DNA of 64,000 bases from assembly GCA_964035545.1 (NCBI GenBank), contig OZ037766.1, forward strand, positions 23,796,767-23,860,766. Direction: 5' to 3'. This document shows, piece by piece, positions 54,480 through 64,000 of the stretch; position 1 is the first letter of the stretch, and the number at the start of each line of letters is the position of its first letter. The position numbers and the translations under genes are program-made. Origin of the DNA: Bugula neritina (Eukaryota > Animalia > Bryozoa). Below the pieces are notes generated by a model, which worked only from the letters and a program-made list of their open reading frames with translations, was not told where the DNA came from and did no database searches.

Positions 54480-57220
54480 AACGTCTTGAGGATCAGCTCC
54501 AGTTAGGGACAAGGACGGTGTACTTTACAAGAATAAGGATGATATCAAGCAATGTTGGAAAGAACATTATCGTGCCTCCTGAACCAGACCTCTACGGTTG
54601 ACGATACAGTTCTGCAGAAGCTCCCTCAGCTGCAGTACGATGACCAATGTCAAAAGAGCCATCTTTTCTGGAATTGAAATCTGCAATAAAAACGATGAAA
54701 TATGGGAAAGCTGCTGGTGCTGATGGAATACCTGCCGAGGTCTTCAAACATGGAGGCTCTGAACTCAGAAGGAGACTGCACAAGCTCTTCTTGCGTATCT
54801 GGACAACTCAGAGTATACCAGACGATCTACGTGACGCACTGCTTGTGACTATTTTCAAAAAGGGTAATAAGACACTCTGTGGTAACTACAGAGGCATATC
54901 TCTCCTATCGATAGCTGGTAAGATTTTAGCCAGGATTCTATGTACAAGACTTTCACACATAGCAGAGGACATTCTCCCCGAATCTCAGTGCAGCTTCCGA
55001 CCAGGTAGAGGCACAGTGGACATGATCTTTGCTGCAAGGCAGATCCAGGAGAAGTGTAGATAACAGCACCAGGAACTGTACATGGCCTTCATCGATCTAA
55101 CAAAAGCCTTTGATACTGTGAACAGAAAATCCCTCTGGACCATACTTAAAAAGATTGGATGTCCCCTGAAGTTTGTGGCAATGGTCCGTTTCCTTGATGA
55201 TCAGATGAAAGCATCTGTCCTAGTCGATGGCCAAAAATCAGAATCTTTCAGGGTGCAAACTGGTGTAAAACAGGGCTGTGTTATAGCTCCGATGCTGTTC
55301 TCCATCTACTTCTTTGCTGTGCTGTACCTTGTGAAACAAGAACTTTCTACAGGCATTGGACTAAATTATTGTATCGGGGACCTGTTTAACCTGCAAAGAC
55401 TGCGCGCCAAGACAATAACATCAGAGACATCAGTCCTTGAGTTGCAGTGTGCTGATGACAATGCTCTAGTGGCGGATTCTGAAGAACATCTTCAAGCTGC
55501 CATGACTGCATTCGAGAAGGCTTACAACTCTCTCGGACTAAAGCTAAATGCAAAGAAGACACAAGTTATCTGCCAACCAAAACCAGGAAAAAATGTTGAC
55601 CCTCCCACTATTGTTACTGGGGGTGAAACATTGTGCCATGTTGATGATTTTGTGTACTTGGGAAGCAACCTATCATAAAAGGCGAATCTGGGGAGAGAGA
55701 TAGACAGACGGCTTCAAACTGCTAGTATTGCTTTCAGCAAGCTGAGGCAGAGAGTCTTTGACAACTCTAACCTGCAGGTAAGCACAAAGCTGAAAGTGTA
55801 CAAGGCTGTCATCATACCAACACTTCCAGATGCGTCTGAGACATGATCTACCTACGGTACTGACATAAAGAAGCTAGAAAATGATTACATGAAGAAATTG
55901 CGAGGAATACTGGACATCAAATGGACTGACAAGAGCACTAATAACAGCGTATACCAACAAACAAAGATTCCAAGTCTTGAAAGCCTCATCATCAAGAACA
56001 GACTTCGTTGGCCGGGACATGTAGTGAGAATGAAAAGACACTGACTTCCTAAACAGATCCTTTATGGGGAGCTACAAATAGGTAAAAGTTTGCAAGGAGG
56101 ACAGTGGAAGCGCTTTAAAGACTGTCTCAAAAATAGTATGAAGTGTTTTCACATCAGAACAAAGACCTGGGAATGGAATGCCGCAAGAAGGACCAAATGG
56201 AGATCTATGGTTCATAAAGGCATGCAAATCTTTCACCGGCTTTCCATAGATCGATCTCAGATCGATCTTGGCGAGATCGATTCATGGAAAGACGTCAAAG
56301 ATCGATCTCAGCCGTTCTGAGCTGGTCGGTCTGTAGAGCTCAAACTCAGATCGATCTTAAGGCAATAAGACCATGGAAAAACGAAAGATCGATTTGAGAA
56401 GTAGAAAAAGACTGTTCGCTAAAACATCGCCCGCTAATAAAAATGATAACTCATTGATAATTACTAAGCAAATTACTTAATAATTGTGATAGCAATATTT
56501 TCAGATGCCAAAATTTTAACTTTCAGTACTACGATTAAGAAAAACTCGATTATATAAAATTATACGTGGTAGAAAGTACAAAAAAATGGGAGCATTGAAA
56601 TTGAATTTAAATGGCTAGTAAAACTTAATTTCATTAGCTATTTGCTGTGTCATTTCAAGCCTAACAATCTTGTAAGTTTATGAATAATTTGCAAGACAGC
56701 TATTCATTTTATATAAGCTGCCAAGCTAAAAAATTAAAATTGATTATCATAAATTGGTCAATTTACTCCACGCTAAAAAATTTGCTGCATATAGTTTTTA
56801 GCTGGCATTATTTTTTAGACTGCAAAAATCTTGTTTTTGACAGCAGTAGCTTTAATTAGTCAGATTGGTGAGCAAATTATGCTTTTAAAGCATCTTTCAC
56901 TTAAGAGGAGGTAACTCCGTGAGATCGATCTGACACTCTCATGGAAAAATGATCGATCTGAGCACATTTCTCAGATCGATCTCAGGGAGATCGATCTGAG
57001 ATCGATACATGGGAAGCCCGTGTTTGAAGAAGAAAAAATGCGACACAGAGATGAACTCAGAGCTGGCCCTTAAGATAGGCTTAGCTCAACAAACACACCA
57101 AGTGAGGACCTCAAATGCTTCTGCTGTGACCGCATATGCAGATCACTGATAGGACTCAGAAGCCATCAAGCTATTCACAAACATCTGTAGGCAGGCATCA
57201 TACTCTACTTACGGAGATAG
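54480..57220 (+). mobile_element. 5'-truncated, decayed RTE-clade LINE
   Basis: RT motifs GKAAGADGIPAE, NYRGISLLSIAGK, FIDLTKAFDTV, GVKQGC, with YADD mutated to CADD; several stops; C-terminal CFCCDRIC..LRSH zinc finger ending 57190. Split by an insertion at 56234-57022. Confidence 0.93.
56234..57022. mobile_element. Non-autonomous DNA transposon (CACTA/CMC-like termini) inserted in the LINE
   Basis: TIR CACCGGCTTTCCATAGATCGATCTCAGATCGATC matches the reverse complement of the right end, CACGGGCTTCCCATGTATCGATCTCAGATCGATC. TTT duplicated on both sides; subterminal GATCGATCT repeats. Removing it restores the LINE frame KGMQIF-EEEK. Confidence 0.85.
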
Positions 57221-57612
57221 TGTGATAGTTTTGTGGATTGTGAATGAAACTAGTGCTGTCACATGCTTGTATGAGAAACAAGGCGAGAAATAAGGTAGAA
57301 TGTAGATAATCTTTATTGTAGTATAGTCCGAGTGAATCAATGGTCTTTATCCAGCGAGCTCCAGTAGTAGACTGAACTATACTGGAACTCGCTGGCTTTT
57401 ATATACATGCAGGACAAAGACATTCCTTTGTTTGCCGAGATCGGAGACCCGAAATACCGAATATCGGCATTTCGGGGATCCGAAATGCCGAATCCGGCAT
57501 TTCGGTACTTCGGTATTCCGATATGCCGAGAATCGGCATATCGGTGTTTCGGAGGACCGAAGTACCGATCTCGGCAACAAAGGACACACACACACAACAT
57601 AAATTTATCACA
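57221..57612 (-). repeat. 3' LTR (392 bp)
   Basis: Termini TGTGATA...TATCACA form a perfect 7-bp inverted repeat; homologous end to end with the solo LTR 47996-48373; TATATAAA and AATAAA on the - strand. Confidence 0.9.
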
Positions 57613-57915
57613 CACACCCCCCATCGGAAAGCATGCTTTCCGATAAAGAGGCGTACACAACACAAACACACAACAGGGAATGACACGACAATAAAACACA
57701 CAGTTGAAAGTAACACACGAAAAAAAATATGGTAAACATGCAGTGATAGTAATAATATAATGATAACACAAAAAAAACAGGGAAGATTTGTGCACACACA
57801 GAAAAAAACGGAGCATGAATAGGTACATGCATTACATGAAGAACTTACACACATATAATAAACAAACAAAGAATAAGAGTAGAAACGAAAGAAAAAAAAA
57901 ACTATACAAATAGGC

Positions 57916-60900
57916 TCAGCGGCGGTCGCCAGATCGACCCCGCTCCAGGCGGCTAACTCGTCTCCGGAGTTGCCCCAGCTCCTCTTCATATCTGCGGAGC
58001 TGCCGGCGTAACTGGTGGACCTCCTCTGCCAACTGAGCTGACGTCTGGTGCCTAGGGCGGTCGGTAGTACCACGGGCAGGACGTCGCTGGCGGTGCGTCT
58101 GCTTCTCGCCCTCCGCCGAGGGTCGGGGGCCCAGGTCCGATGAATCGGCCCTGGCACCTGGTCCGACCCGTGCCAGCATGACCCGAAGTGGCTGGGTGGC
58201 TGCCGGTTGGGGTGTCGCGGCGGGCTCCCCTTCTTCCTCCCGAACAGGCCTACATGCGGGGAATCCCAGGGCGAGAGCAGCCCGTTTGTGGGGATCCGCC
58301 ACGTGTGGCAGCACCAGGTCCCGAAATTCGGGAAAGGAGGCCTGGTCTACAGCAAACGTGTAGCCCGTGTGGCAGTGAGCTATGCGCTGATGTCTCAACA
58401 CATAGTCTCTCTGGTAGGAGAACTCCCCACACGGGCAAAACACGTTGATGTAATGCTGAGGGGCGTGTACGCGCAACCGCCGTGCAGAGGAGAATTTCCT
58501 CTTACACTCATGGCAGATGCGGTTGCCCGGCTCACCGCAAGCATCACCAATTTTTAGGTTGGTGGGTCCAGTCACCCAATACTGGCGGGCGACCAGGGCC
58601 CGAGGCAGGGCCAGTATTGGGGAGGCATCTTCTTCTGCTGGCAGGTGGTCGCCGTGTAGGATGCCCTGCTCCTCCCCGGCCGTGAGCTGAAGCTCGACCG
58701 GTTTGGGGTCAGGGCCAACCTTGGCGGAACACACCTCTGTGGAGGAGGTGGCGGCCTGCTGGCTGGTAGAAGCCGAAGCAAGGCCCGGTGGGGGAGGGGA
58801 GTCAGACCGACTGGCCTCCTCAACGTCCATTCGCTCCTCTAGAATAGATAGTAGAGGCTGTGAGAAGCCGGTCTCACTATCGCCGAAATTCGGCACAGGT
58901 GTGAATGGAGATAAGTTAAAAACCGAGGGCCGAGGTGTATCGCAGAAATTGACTGAGCCTACATCGTGATTCAACAATGTATCAATGGCAGAGTCATCTC
59001 CGAGATCCATCTCGGCCTCCGGTTCTAAGATATCAGAACCAAGTAAATCTAGTAAAGACCAGTCTACTGTAGTTTGATTAGACTCCGCAACTGGAGGATC
59101 TAATCTAGAAGAAATACCTGATTGTGTATCTGGTAGAGTGATCCCCATAGCCGCTGATAGCGTACGGAGAATAGTGGTAAAATCAAAATGAGTATTAGAA
59201 TCAGAATTTAGTTTGAGTTGCAACTGCCGTGCGAGCTGTGTGAAGTCAGAATGAGAAATGGCCGAACCTCGTGCTTCAGAAGTTTTACCTGCTGAAGCCC
59301 GAGTCGCGTGGCTCGTGGGAATTTCCCCCGGATTTCGAGAAGACAACTCGCGTGATCGAGTGTCTTCCGAAATTCGGTCGGCCATTTCTTCTTCTTGGTG
59401 GAATTCTCCGGGGTGATGGAGGGAATTTCCAACCAAGATGGGGTGGCAGTCAGTGTGGGGGGGGTCTTCCTCAGGAGGGGGCCCCTCCAGGTGTCCTACA
59501 GCATAGTCTGCCAGGTACCTGGGAGGTCTTCTTGGCCGCTGGCTCCTCTCAAGTGGAGCAGACTCTGGTGGTGTTGGTGGCTCCTGGGCTACCCTGGTAG
59601 GGGGGTCCCCGTCTTCACCCCGTACGGGGGTGGGGGTGTCCTCCCCCGGGAAGGGTTGTGAGCCAAGGGCTTGCTGCTGTTCCTGCTCCCGCTCCGCTCT
59701 CTGCTGTCGCTCCAGCTGCTCTATCAGGGCGGCTTGCTCCTGGTCTGCCTCCCTGGGGACCATGATCTCCACCTCACGGGGCCGGGTGGCCCGTCCACGA
59801 CGGTTGGGCTGACGATGGGGCTCCAAGAGGGGTGGAGCCTGACCCACCGCGTCTGGGCTGGCATGGTAAGGTTTGAGGCGCTGCTCGCTCTGGACAGAGA
59901 CCTGTCCAGAGCGCTCCACACGGTATGTGTGGTTGGGCAGCACCTCTACTACGCAGTAGGGGCCGACGAACTTGGGCTGAAGCTTAGCCGACTGTCCACG
60001 CCGCCTACGGTAACTCACCATCCAGACCCAGTCTCCCTCTTGGTACAACGGGGGCTCCTCTGAGTCCTCGGTGCGGGTCTGCCACTGCTGGGTGCGCAGC
60101 GCATCATGTGCTTTGCCCATGATGTCTATCAGACCCTCCACATATTCGTGTACCGGTGACTCGGGGGCAGGAACATGGTACGTCAGGTGTTCTGGGACCC
60201 GCGTCTCCCGGCCTAACATCAGGAAGTTTGGGGTCTCCTGCGTGGCGGAGTGTGGTGTGCTGCGGTAAGCCCGCATGATCTGCGGCAGCACCACGTCCCA
60301 TTCTTCCTGACCTCGACCAAGCAGCAGGCTCCGGAGCGCATCACCCAACATCCTGTTGTTCCGCTCGACGACTCCGTTCCTTTGCGGGTGATATGGGGTG
60401 GTCCGACTCTGGTTCACCCCCCATATCCGGCAGAGGTCTCCCATGAGCTGGGACTGGAACTGGGCACCCTGGTCTGTATGTATCTGCTCGGGCAAACCGA
60501 GGTAACAGAATACATGTTGGTCCAGGGTCCGGGCCACCGTGGGGGCGGTGGCGTCTGGAATAGCCAGAGCATCTGCCCACCGGGTAAAGTGGTCCGTGAG
60601 CACCAGTATCCAGGTGTTTCCTCTGGCGGATAACGGCATAGGCCCGACGAGGTCTACCGCCACTACTTGCCACGGTCGACCAGCGTACAGCCGGCGTCGA
60701 CCAGTGGTTTCCGTGGGGCGGCCATGCTTGCTAGCTTGGCAGACCTCGCATTGCCGTACCCGCAGTCGTACGTCCCGAGTCATTCCGGGCCAATACCAAC
60801 GCAGCCGCAGACACCTGATGACCCGACTGACTCCAGCATGAGCCTGCTTATGGGTGTCCCAGATCAGTTCCCGCCGGAGGGCGCGTGGACAGACGACGCG

Positions 60901-63879
60901 GTCCCTCTTCTGCTGGCGGTTGTCTGCTGCTAACGTTATCATCAGGAGGCCATCAGGACTGACCTTGAGGGCATCCCAGCGACGACAGAGGAGTTGGAAC
61001 TCAACGTCTCCCTGCCGCTGCTGTTCCTCGCTAGGTCGTCGGCCCTCCTTCTTGGCCCGGAAGATGTCCGCTACCGCGCCGGGTAGCGTCTCCTGGAGTC
61101 GGCACAGCTCCTTGACGTTCTGGTGCAGAGTAGGGTTGGCGTGGAGCGCCTGGACACCGTCCTGGTGGGTTTCGGTCCAAAGATGGCCGTGCTCCCACCG
61201 GTAGGCGGTGCCCTCCACTAGCTCTGTTTCCACGTCAAGGCGAGCGGGTCCCCCGTCCCGCTGTTCAATGTGCAGGCATTGCTTACAGTCCTCTACCGGC
61301 CGGCGGCTCATGCCGTCGGCGTTCCCATGCTTCCGGCCTGCACGGTGCTCTATACGGTAAGAGAACTCGGCAAGAATCTCTAGCCAACGAGCTACCTGGC
61401 TCGAGGGCTCTGCACGTTTACACAGCCATATCAGTGATGCATGGTCTGTTCGCAAACGGAACGATTTCCCATACAGATATGGCCGAAAGTGCTTGACCGC
61501 CTTGACTACTGCTAGGAGTTCCTTCCTAGTGGTGCAGTAGTTCTTCTCGGCGGCCGCGAGAGTCTTGCTATAGTAAGCCACGACCACCTCACTTCCACCC
61601 TGGACTTGAGACAGGACGGCTCCCACGCTGTGGTCGCTGGCGTCGGTGTCCAGGATGTACTCCTTGGCTGGGTCAGGATACGCCAGGATTGGCGCTTCCA
61701 TTAGCCGTTGCTTGAGGTGGTCGAATGCCTGCTGCTCCTCCTGTGTCCACTGCCACCGGACTCCCTTTGCGGTCAGCCGATTTAACGGCTGAGCCACTCC
61801 TGCGAAACCAGGTATGTACTGCCGGTAGTACCCTACTAGGCCCAGGAATGCACGCAACTCAGGGAGGTCGCGGGGAACAGTCCACTCCTTCACAGCTTGT
61901 ACCTTCTCTGGATCGGTAGCGACCCCATCACGGCCAACCACATGGCCCAGGTATGTGACTTCTGGCTGCAGGAGTGCGCACTTGGAGGGCTTCAGCTTCA
62001 GTCCGGCTGCCCGGAGACGGTCAAAGACCTCCCGCAGACGACTGACATGAGTCGAAAAGTCTGGGGAGATGACAATGACATCGTCCAGATAGATGAGGAG
62101 GGTCTTCCAGTGTAACCCACTGAGGACTTGCTCCATGAGCCGTTGGAATGTTGCCGGAGCGGACGTTAGTCCGAATGGCAGTACTTTCCACTTCCAGAGC
62201 CCGTCGCGAGTAATGAATGCTGCTTTGTCCTGGGCATCAGGACTGAGGGGCACTTGCCAGTACCCGCTAAGCAGATCCAAAGTACTGAAGTACTTGCTAC
62301 CCGCGAGGGCATCTAGAGACTCATCTATCCGTGGGAGAGGGTAGGCGTCCTGGATGGTGGCGTTGTTGAGTCTGCGGTAGTCTACGCAGAATCTCCAGCT
62401 ACCATCCTTCCTCTTGACCAGGACCACTGGGGAGCTCCACGCACCGTGGGCAGGCTCAATCAGATCCCGGTCCAGAAGATCCTGTACCTGTCGGCTCACC
62501 TCCTTCTCCTTCTCCGGGCCCAGACGTCGGGTAGGCTGCCTGATGGGAGTGGTGTCGGCTGCCAGGGGTATCTCGTGAGAGATAACCTTAGTCAGCCCCA
62601 TGTCTCTATCGCCACGACTAAAGACATCACTGTACTCCGCGAGTAGTTGAGCCAGTACTTGGCGTTCAGTACTACTCGTACAGTTTCCGCGTGCTCCGCC
62701 ATACAGGTCAGCCAGATGCTCCGGGACTGCTTCTCGTCTGGTGTGAGGGGGGTTTCCCTGGTTGTCGGCCACTGTCTCCAGTGCCGGACCCACATCCGCT
62801 TCCTGGATTGAGTGGTACTTCCCCACCAGCGCTCCAGCCGATAGTTGGACAGGTTCCGTGAAGGGGTTGATGCACTGCACGAGGAGCTCTTGCCGACAAT
62901 CTAGCCGATTCAGGCTGTTTGCTAGTCGGATGGCTCCGTGCGTTCCTTCAACCATCCCCAGGCCGGCGATCCCCTTGCAGTTGACTCTACATCGGAGAGT
63001 CGCCTGGGACCTCCCTGGAACTGTGCAGTCCCGTACTACCTGGACTCCGCCCACCAAGGGCCTGCCAAACTTGTCAACACAGACAAGTTCCTTCCCAGCC
63101 ATCACCACCACTGACTTCTGGAAATCCATGTGGCACTGGTGTTTCTCCAGGAAGGGCATTCCCAAGATGGCGTCCTCCTTCAGCTGGCTGACGATAAACG
63201 TCTCGTGAACTGCTTGATCACGGACGCGTCCAGGTAGTGAAATGACGCCGTAGAAAGGAATGCATGATCCGTCCGCCAACGTACCATGCGCACCTTCATA
63301 CGGCTCGAGGCTCGCCCGCTCTCGTGCACCAAGGGTGTCAAAGAGACGCCTACTCAGCAGGTTGGTAGTGCACCCAGTATCCAGTAGGAATGTGGCAGCT
63401 TTACCCGAAATCTTTCCGGGCAGGAAGTAGCTGCTTCCATACGGCTGGGTGCTCCTGGAGCGGTCAGTCTCTGGGGGAGACACGACTTGGGTCCGCACAG
63501 CGGGCCTCCTCTTCGTCTTAGAGACAACGGGGGTTTTCTGAGGTCGGGAGGGTAGCTTGGGATACTCTTGCGAGTAAGCTGAATCCTCCTCCACAACCTC
63601 CTCGGGCAACCCCGCGAACCGGTTACGGAGTGGCCAGGCTGGAGGATCGGGTAGACCTTGCGGCCTCCGAGATCTCCGAGGTGCCTGCCATCCGGTTTCT
63701 TCTAGTTCCATCCGGGTATCGAGTGGCAGGGCAGGAGGATCGGGTAGGCCTTTCGGTCTCCGAGATCTCCGGTTTGCGTGCCACTCGATATAGGTCGACT
63801 CTGGAGAGGTCTCTTCTACTGTCTTCCGAGTCCTATCCCGGACCGGATTGGCATGGGGCCCACGGGTGGCGGAATTCAC
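57916..63879 (-). CDS. pol: Gypsy Pol polyprotein (PR, RT, RNase H, IN) with a long C-terminal extension
   Basis: Open for 1987 codons. LLDTGC (protease), YLDD (RT), TDAS (RNase H), HKQAH..CEVC and D-D-E (AVDL, HTDQG, VERNN), GPY module, then ~650 extra aa with C2H2 fingers and a coiled coil. Confidence 0.96.
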   Translation of the reverse strand: MNSATRGPHANPVRDRTRKTVEETSPESTYIEWHANRRSRRPKGLPDPPALPLDTRMELEETGWQAPRRSRRPQGLPDPPAWPLRNRFAGLPEEVVEEDSAYSQEYPKLPSRPQKTPVVSKTKRRPAVRTQVVSPPETDRSRSTQPYGSSYFLPGKISGKAATFLLDTGCTTNLLSRRLFDTLGARERASLEPYEGAHGTLADGSCIPFYGVISLPGRVRDQAVHETFIVSQLKEDAILGMPFLEKHQCHMDFQKSVVVMAGKELVCVDKFGRPLVGGVQVVRDCTVPGRSQATLRCRVNCKGIAGLGMVEGTHGAIRLANSLNRLDCRQELLVQCINPFTEPVQLSAGALVGKYHSIQEADVGPALETVADNQGNPPHTRREAVPEHLADLYGGARGNCTSSTERQVLAQLLAEYSDVFSRGDRDMGLTKVISHEIPLAADTTPIRQPTRRLGPEKEKEVSRQVQDLLDRDLIEPAHGAWSSPVVLVKRKDGSWRFCVDYRRLNNATIQDAYPLPRIDESLDALAGSKYFSTLDLLSGYWQVPLSPDAQDKAAFITRDGLWKWKVLPFGLTSAPATFQRLMEQVLSGLHWKTLLIYLDDVIVISPDFSTHVSRLREVFDRLRAAGLKLKPSKCALLQPEVTYLGHVVGRDGVATDPEKVQAVKEWTVPRDLPELRAFLGLVGYYRQYIPGFAGVAQPLNRLTAKGVRWQWTQEEQQAFDHLKQRLMEAPILAYPDPAKEYILDTDASDHSVGAVLSQVQGGSEVVVAYYSKTLAAAEKNYCTTRKELLAVVKAVKHFRPYLYGKSFRLRTDHASLIWLCKRAEPSSQVARWLEILAEFSYRIEHRAGRKHGNADGMSRRPVEDCKQCLHIEQRDGGPARLDVETELVEGTAYRWEHGHLWTETHQDGVQALHANPTLHQNVKELCRLQETLPGAVADIFRAKKEGRRPSEEQQRQGDVEFQLLCRRWDALKVSPDGLLMITLAADNRQQKRDRVVCPRALRRELIWDTHKQAHAGVSRVIRCLRLRWYWPGMTRDVRLRVRQCEVCQASKHGRPTETTGRRRLYAGRPWQVVAVDLVGPMPLSARGNTWILVLTDHFTRWADALAIPDATAPTVARTLDQHVFCYLGLPEQIHTDQGAQFQSQLMGDLCRIWGVNQSRTTPYHPQRNGVVERNNRMLGDALRSLLLGRGQEEWDVVLPQIMRAYRSTPHSATQETPNFLMLGRETRVPEHLTYHVPAPESPVHEYVEGLIDIMGKAHDALRTQQWQTRTEDSEEPPLYQEGDWVWMVSYRRRRGQSAKLQPKFVGPYCVVEVLPNHTYRVERSGQVSVQSEQRLKPYHASPDAVGQAPPLLEPHRQPNRRGRATRPREVEIMVPREADQEQAALIEQLERQQRAEREQEQQQALGSQPFPGEDTPTPVRGEDGDPPTRVAQEPPTPPESAPLERSQRPRRPPRYLADYAVGHLEGPPPEEDPPHTDCHPILVGNSLHHPGEFHQEEEMADRISEDTRSRELSSRNPGEIPTSHATRASAGKTSEARGSAISHSDFTQLARQLQLKLNSDSNTHFDFTTILRTLSAAMGITLPDTQSGISSRLDPPVAESNQTTVDWSLLDLLGSDILEPEAEMDLGDDSAIDTLLNHDVGSVNFCDTPRPSVFNLSPFTPVPNFGDSETGFSQPLLSILEERMDVEEASRSDSPPPPGLASASTSQQAATSSTEVCSAKVGPDPKPVELQLTAGEEQGILHGDHLPAEEDASPILALPRALVARQYWVTGPTNLKIGDACGEPGNRICHECKRKFSSARRLRVHAPQHYINVFCPCGEFSYQRDYVLRHQRIAHCHTGYTFAVDQASFPEFRDLVLPHVADPHKRAALALGFPACRPVREEEGEPAATPQPAATQPLRVMLARVGPGARADSSDLGPRPSAEGEKQTHRQRRPARGTTDRPRHQTSAQLAEEVHQLRRQLRRYEEELGQLRRRVSRLERGRSGDRR

Positions 63880-63900
63880 CGTGAGCCTCGGGTGTTTAAA
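63857..63900 (-). promoter_or_regulatory. -1 programmed ribosomal frameshift signal (gag to pol)
   Basis: Slippery heptamer T TTA AAC (63900-63894) in the gag frame, 6-nt spacer, hairpin GGCTCACGGTG / CACCCGTGGGCC (63887-63857). A -1 slip enters the pol frame. Confidence 0.8.
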
Positions 63901-64000
63901 GGCTTCTGTCCCTTAGGGCAGTGCCTTCTCACATGTCCTGGCATCCCGCACTCCCAGCAAGTGGGCATAGGGGGGCGGACAGGGTCGTCCCGCGAGCGGG
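63876..64000 (-). CDS. gag: 3' end of Gypsy gag with CCHC zinc knuckle
   Basis: Translation ...CWECGMPGHVRRHCPKGQKPLNTRGSR* (CX2CX4HX4C); stop TGA at 63878-63876. Confidence 0.9.
   Translation of the reverse strand, partial: RSRDDPVRPPMPTCWECGMPGHVRRHCPKGQKPLNTRGSR

Larger units (their letters stand above)
57221..64000 (-). mobile_element. Ty3/Gypsy LTR retrotransposon, apparently intact; 5' part outside the window
   Basis: Gag knuckle, PR-RT-RH-IN domain order, G-rich PPT-like tract (~57613-57625) and 3' LTR; strongly GC-rich relative to the host. Confidence 0.97.

Noticed and set aside
57337-63884. Numerous overlapping and antisense ORFs in the Gypsy element and LTR (also 48088-48443)
   Set aside because: Expected by-products of GC-rich coding sequence and LTR repeats; no domain motifs and no env-like signal/TM architecture.

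Overview
AT-rich animal (invertebrate-like) genomic DNA with spliced genes. All exon structures below were assembled by eye from splice sites, intron phases and translation. A cohesin SA/Scc3 (STAG) gene on the - strand (5' part only) lies head-to-head with a complete 22-coding-exon DDX11/Chl1 Fe-S helicase gene on the + strand (10285-47364). DDX11 introns contain a degenerate Academ-like DNA transposon and three nested antisense genes: an orphan 170-aa membrane protein, an orphan ~490-aa tyrosine-motif receptor, and UQCC2. Downstream are a solo LTR, an intronless ~491-aa ORF whose helical core resembles Cry/delta-endotoxin domain I, and the start of a secreted EGF-like gene. The window ends in a stack of elements: a decayed RTE LINE, a CAC-terminal DNA element inside it, and an apparently intact Gypsy/Ty3 LTR retrotransposon. 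The Gypsy element has a canonical -1 frameshift signal and an unusual ~650-aa C2H2/leucine-zipper extension on integrase. No rRNA, tRNA or CRISPR array was recognised. Family assignments rest on remembered motifs, not searches.
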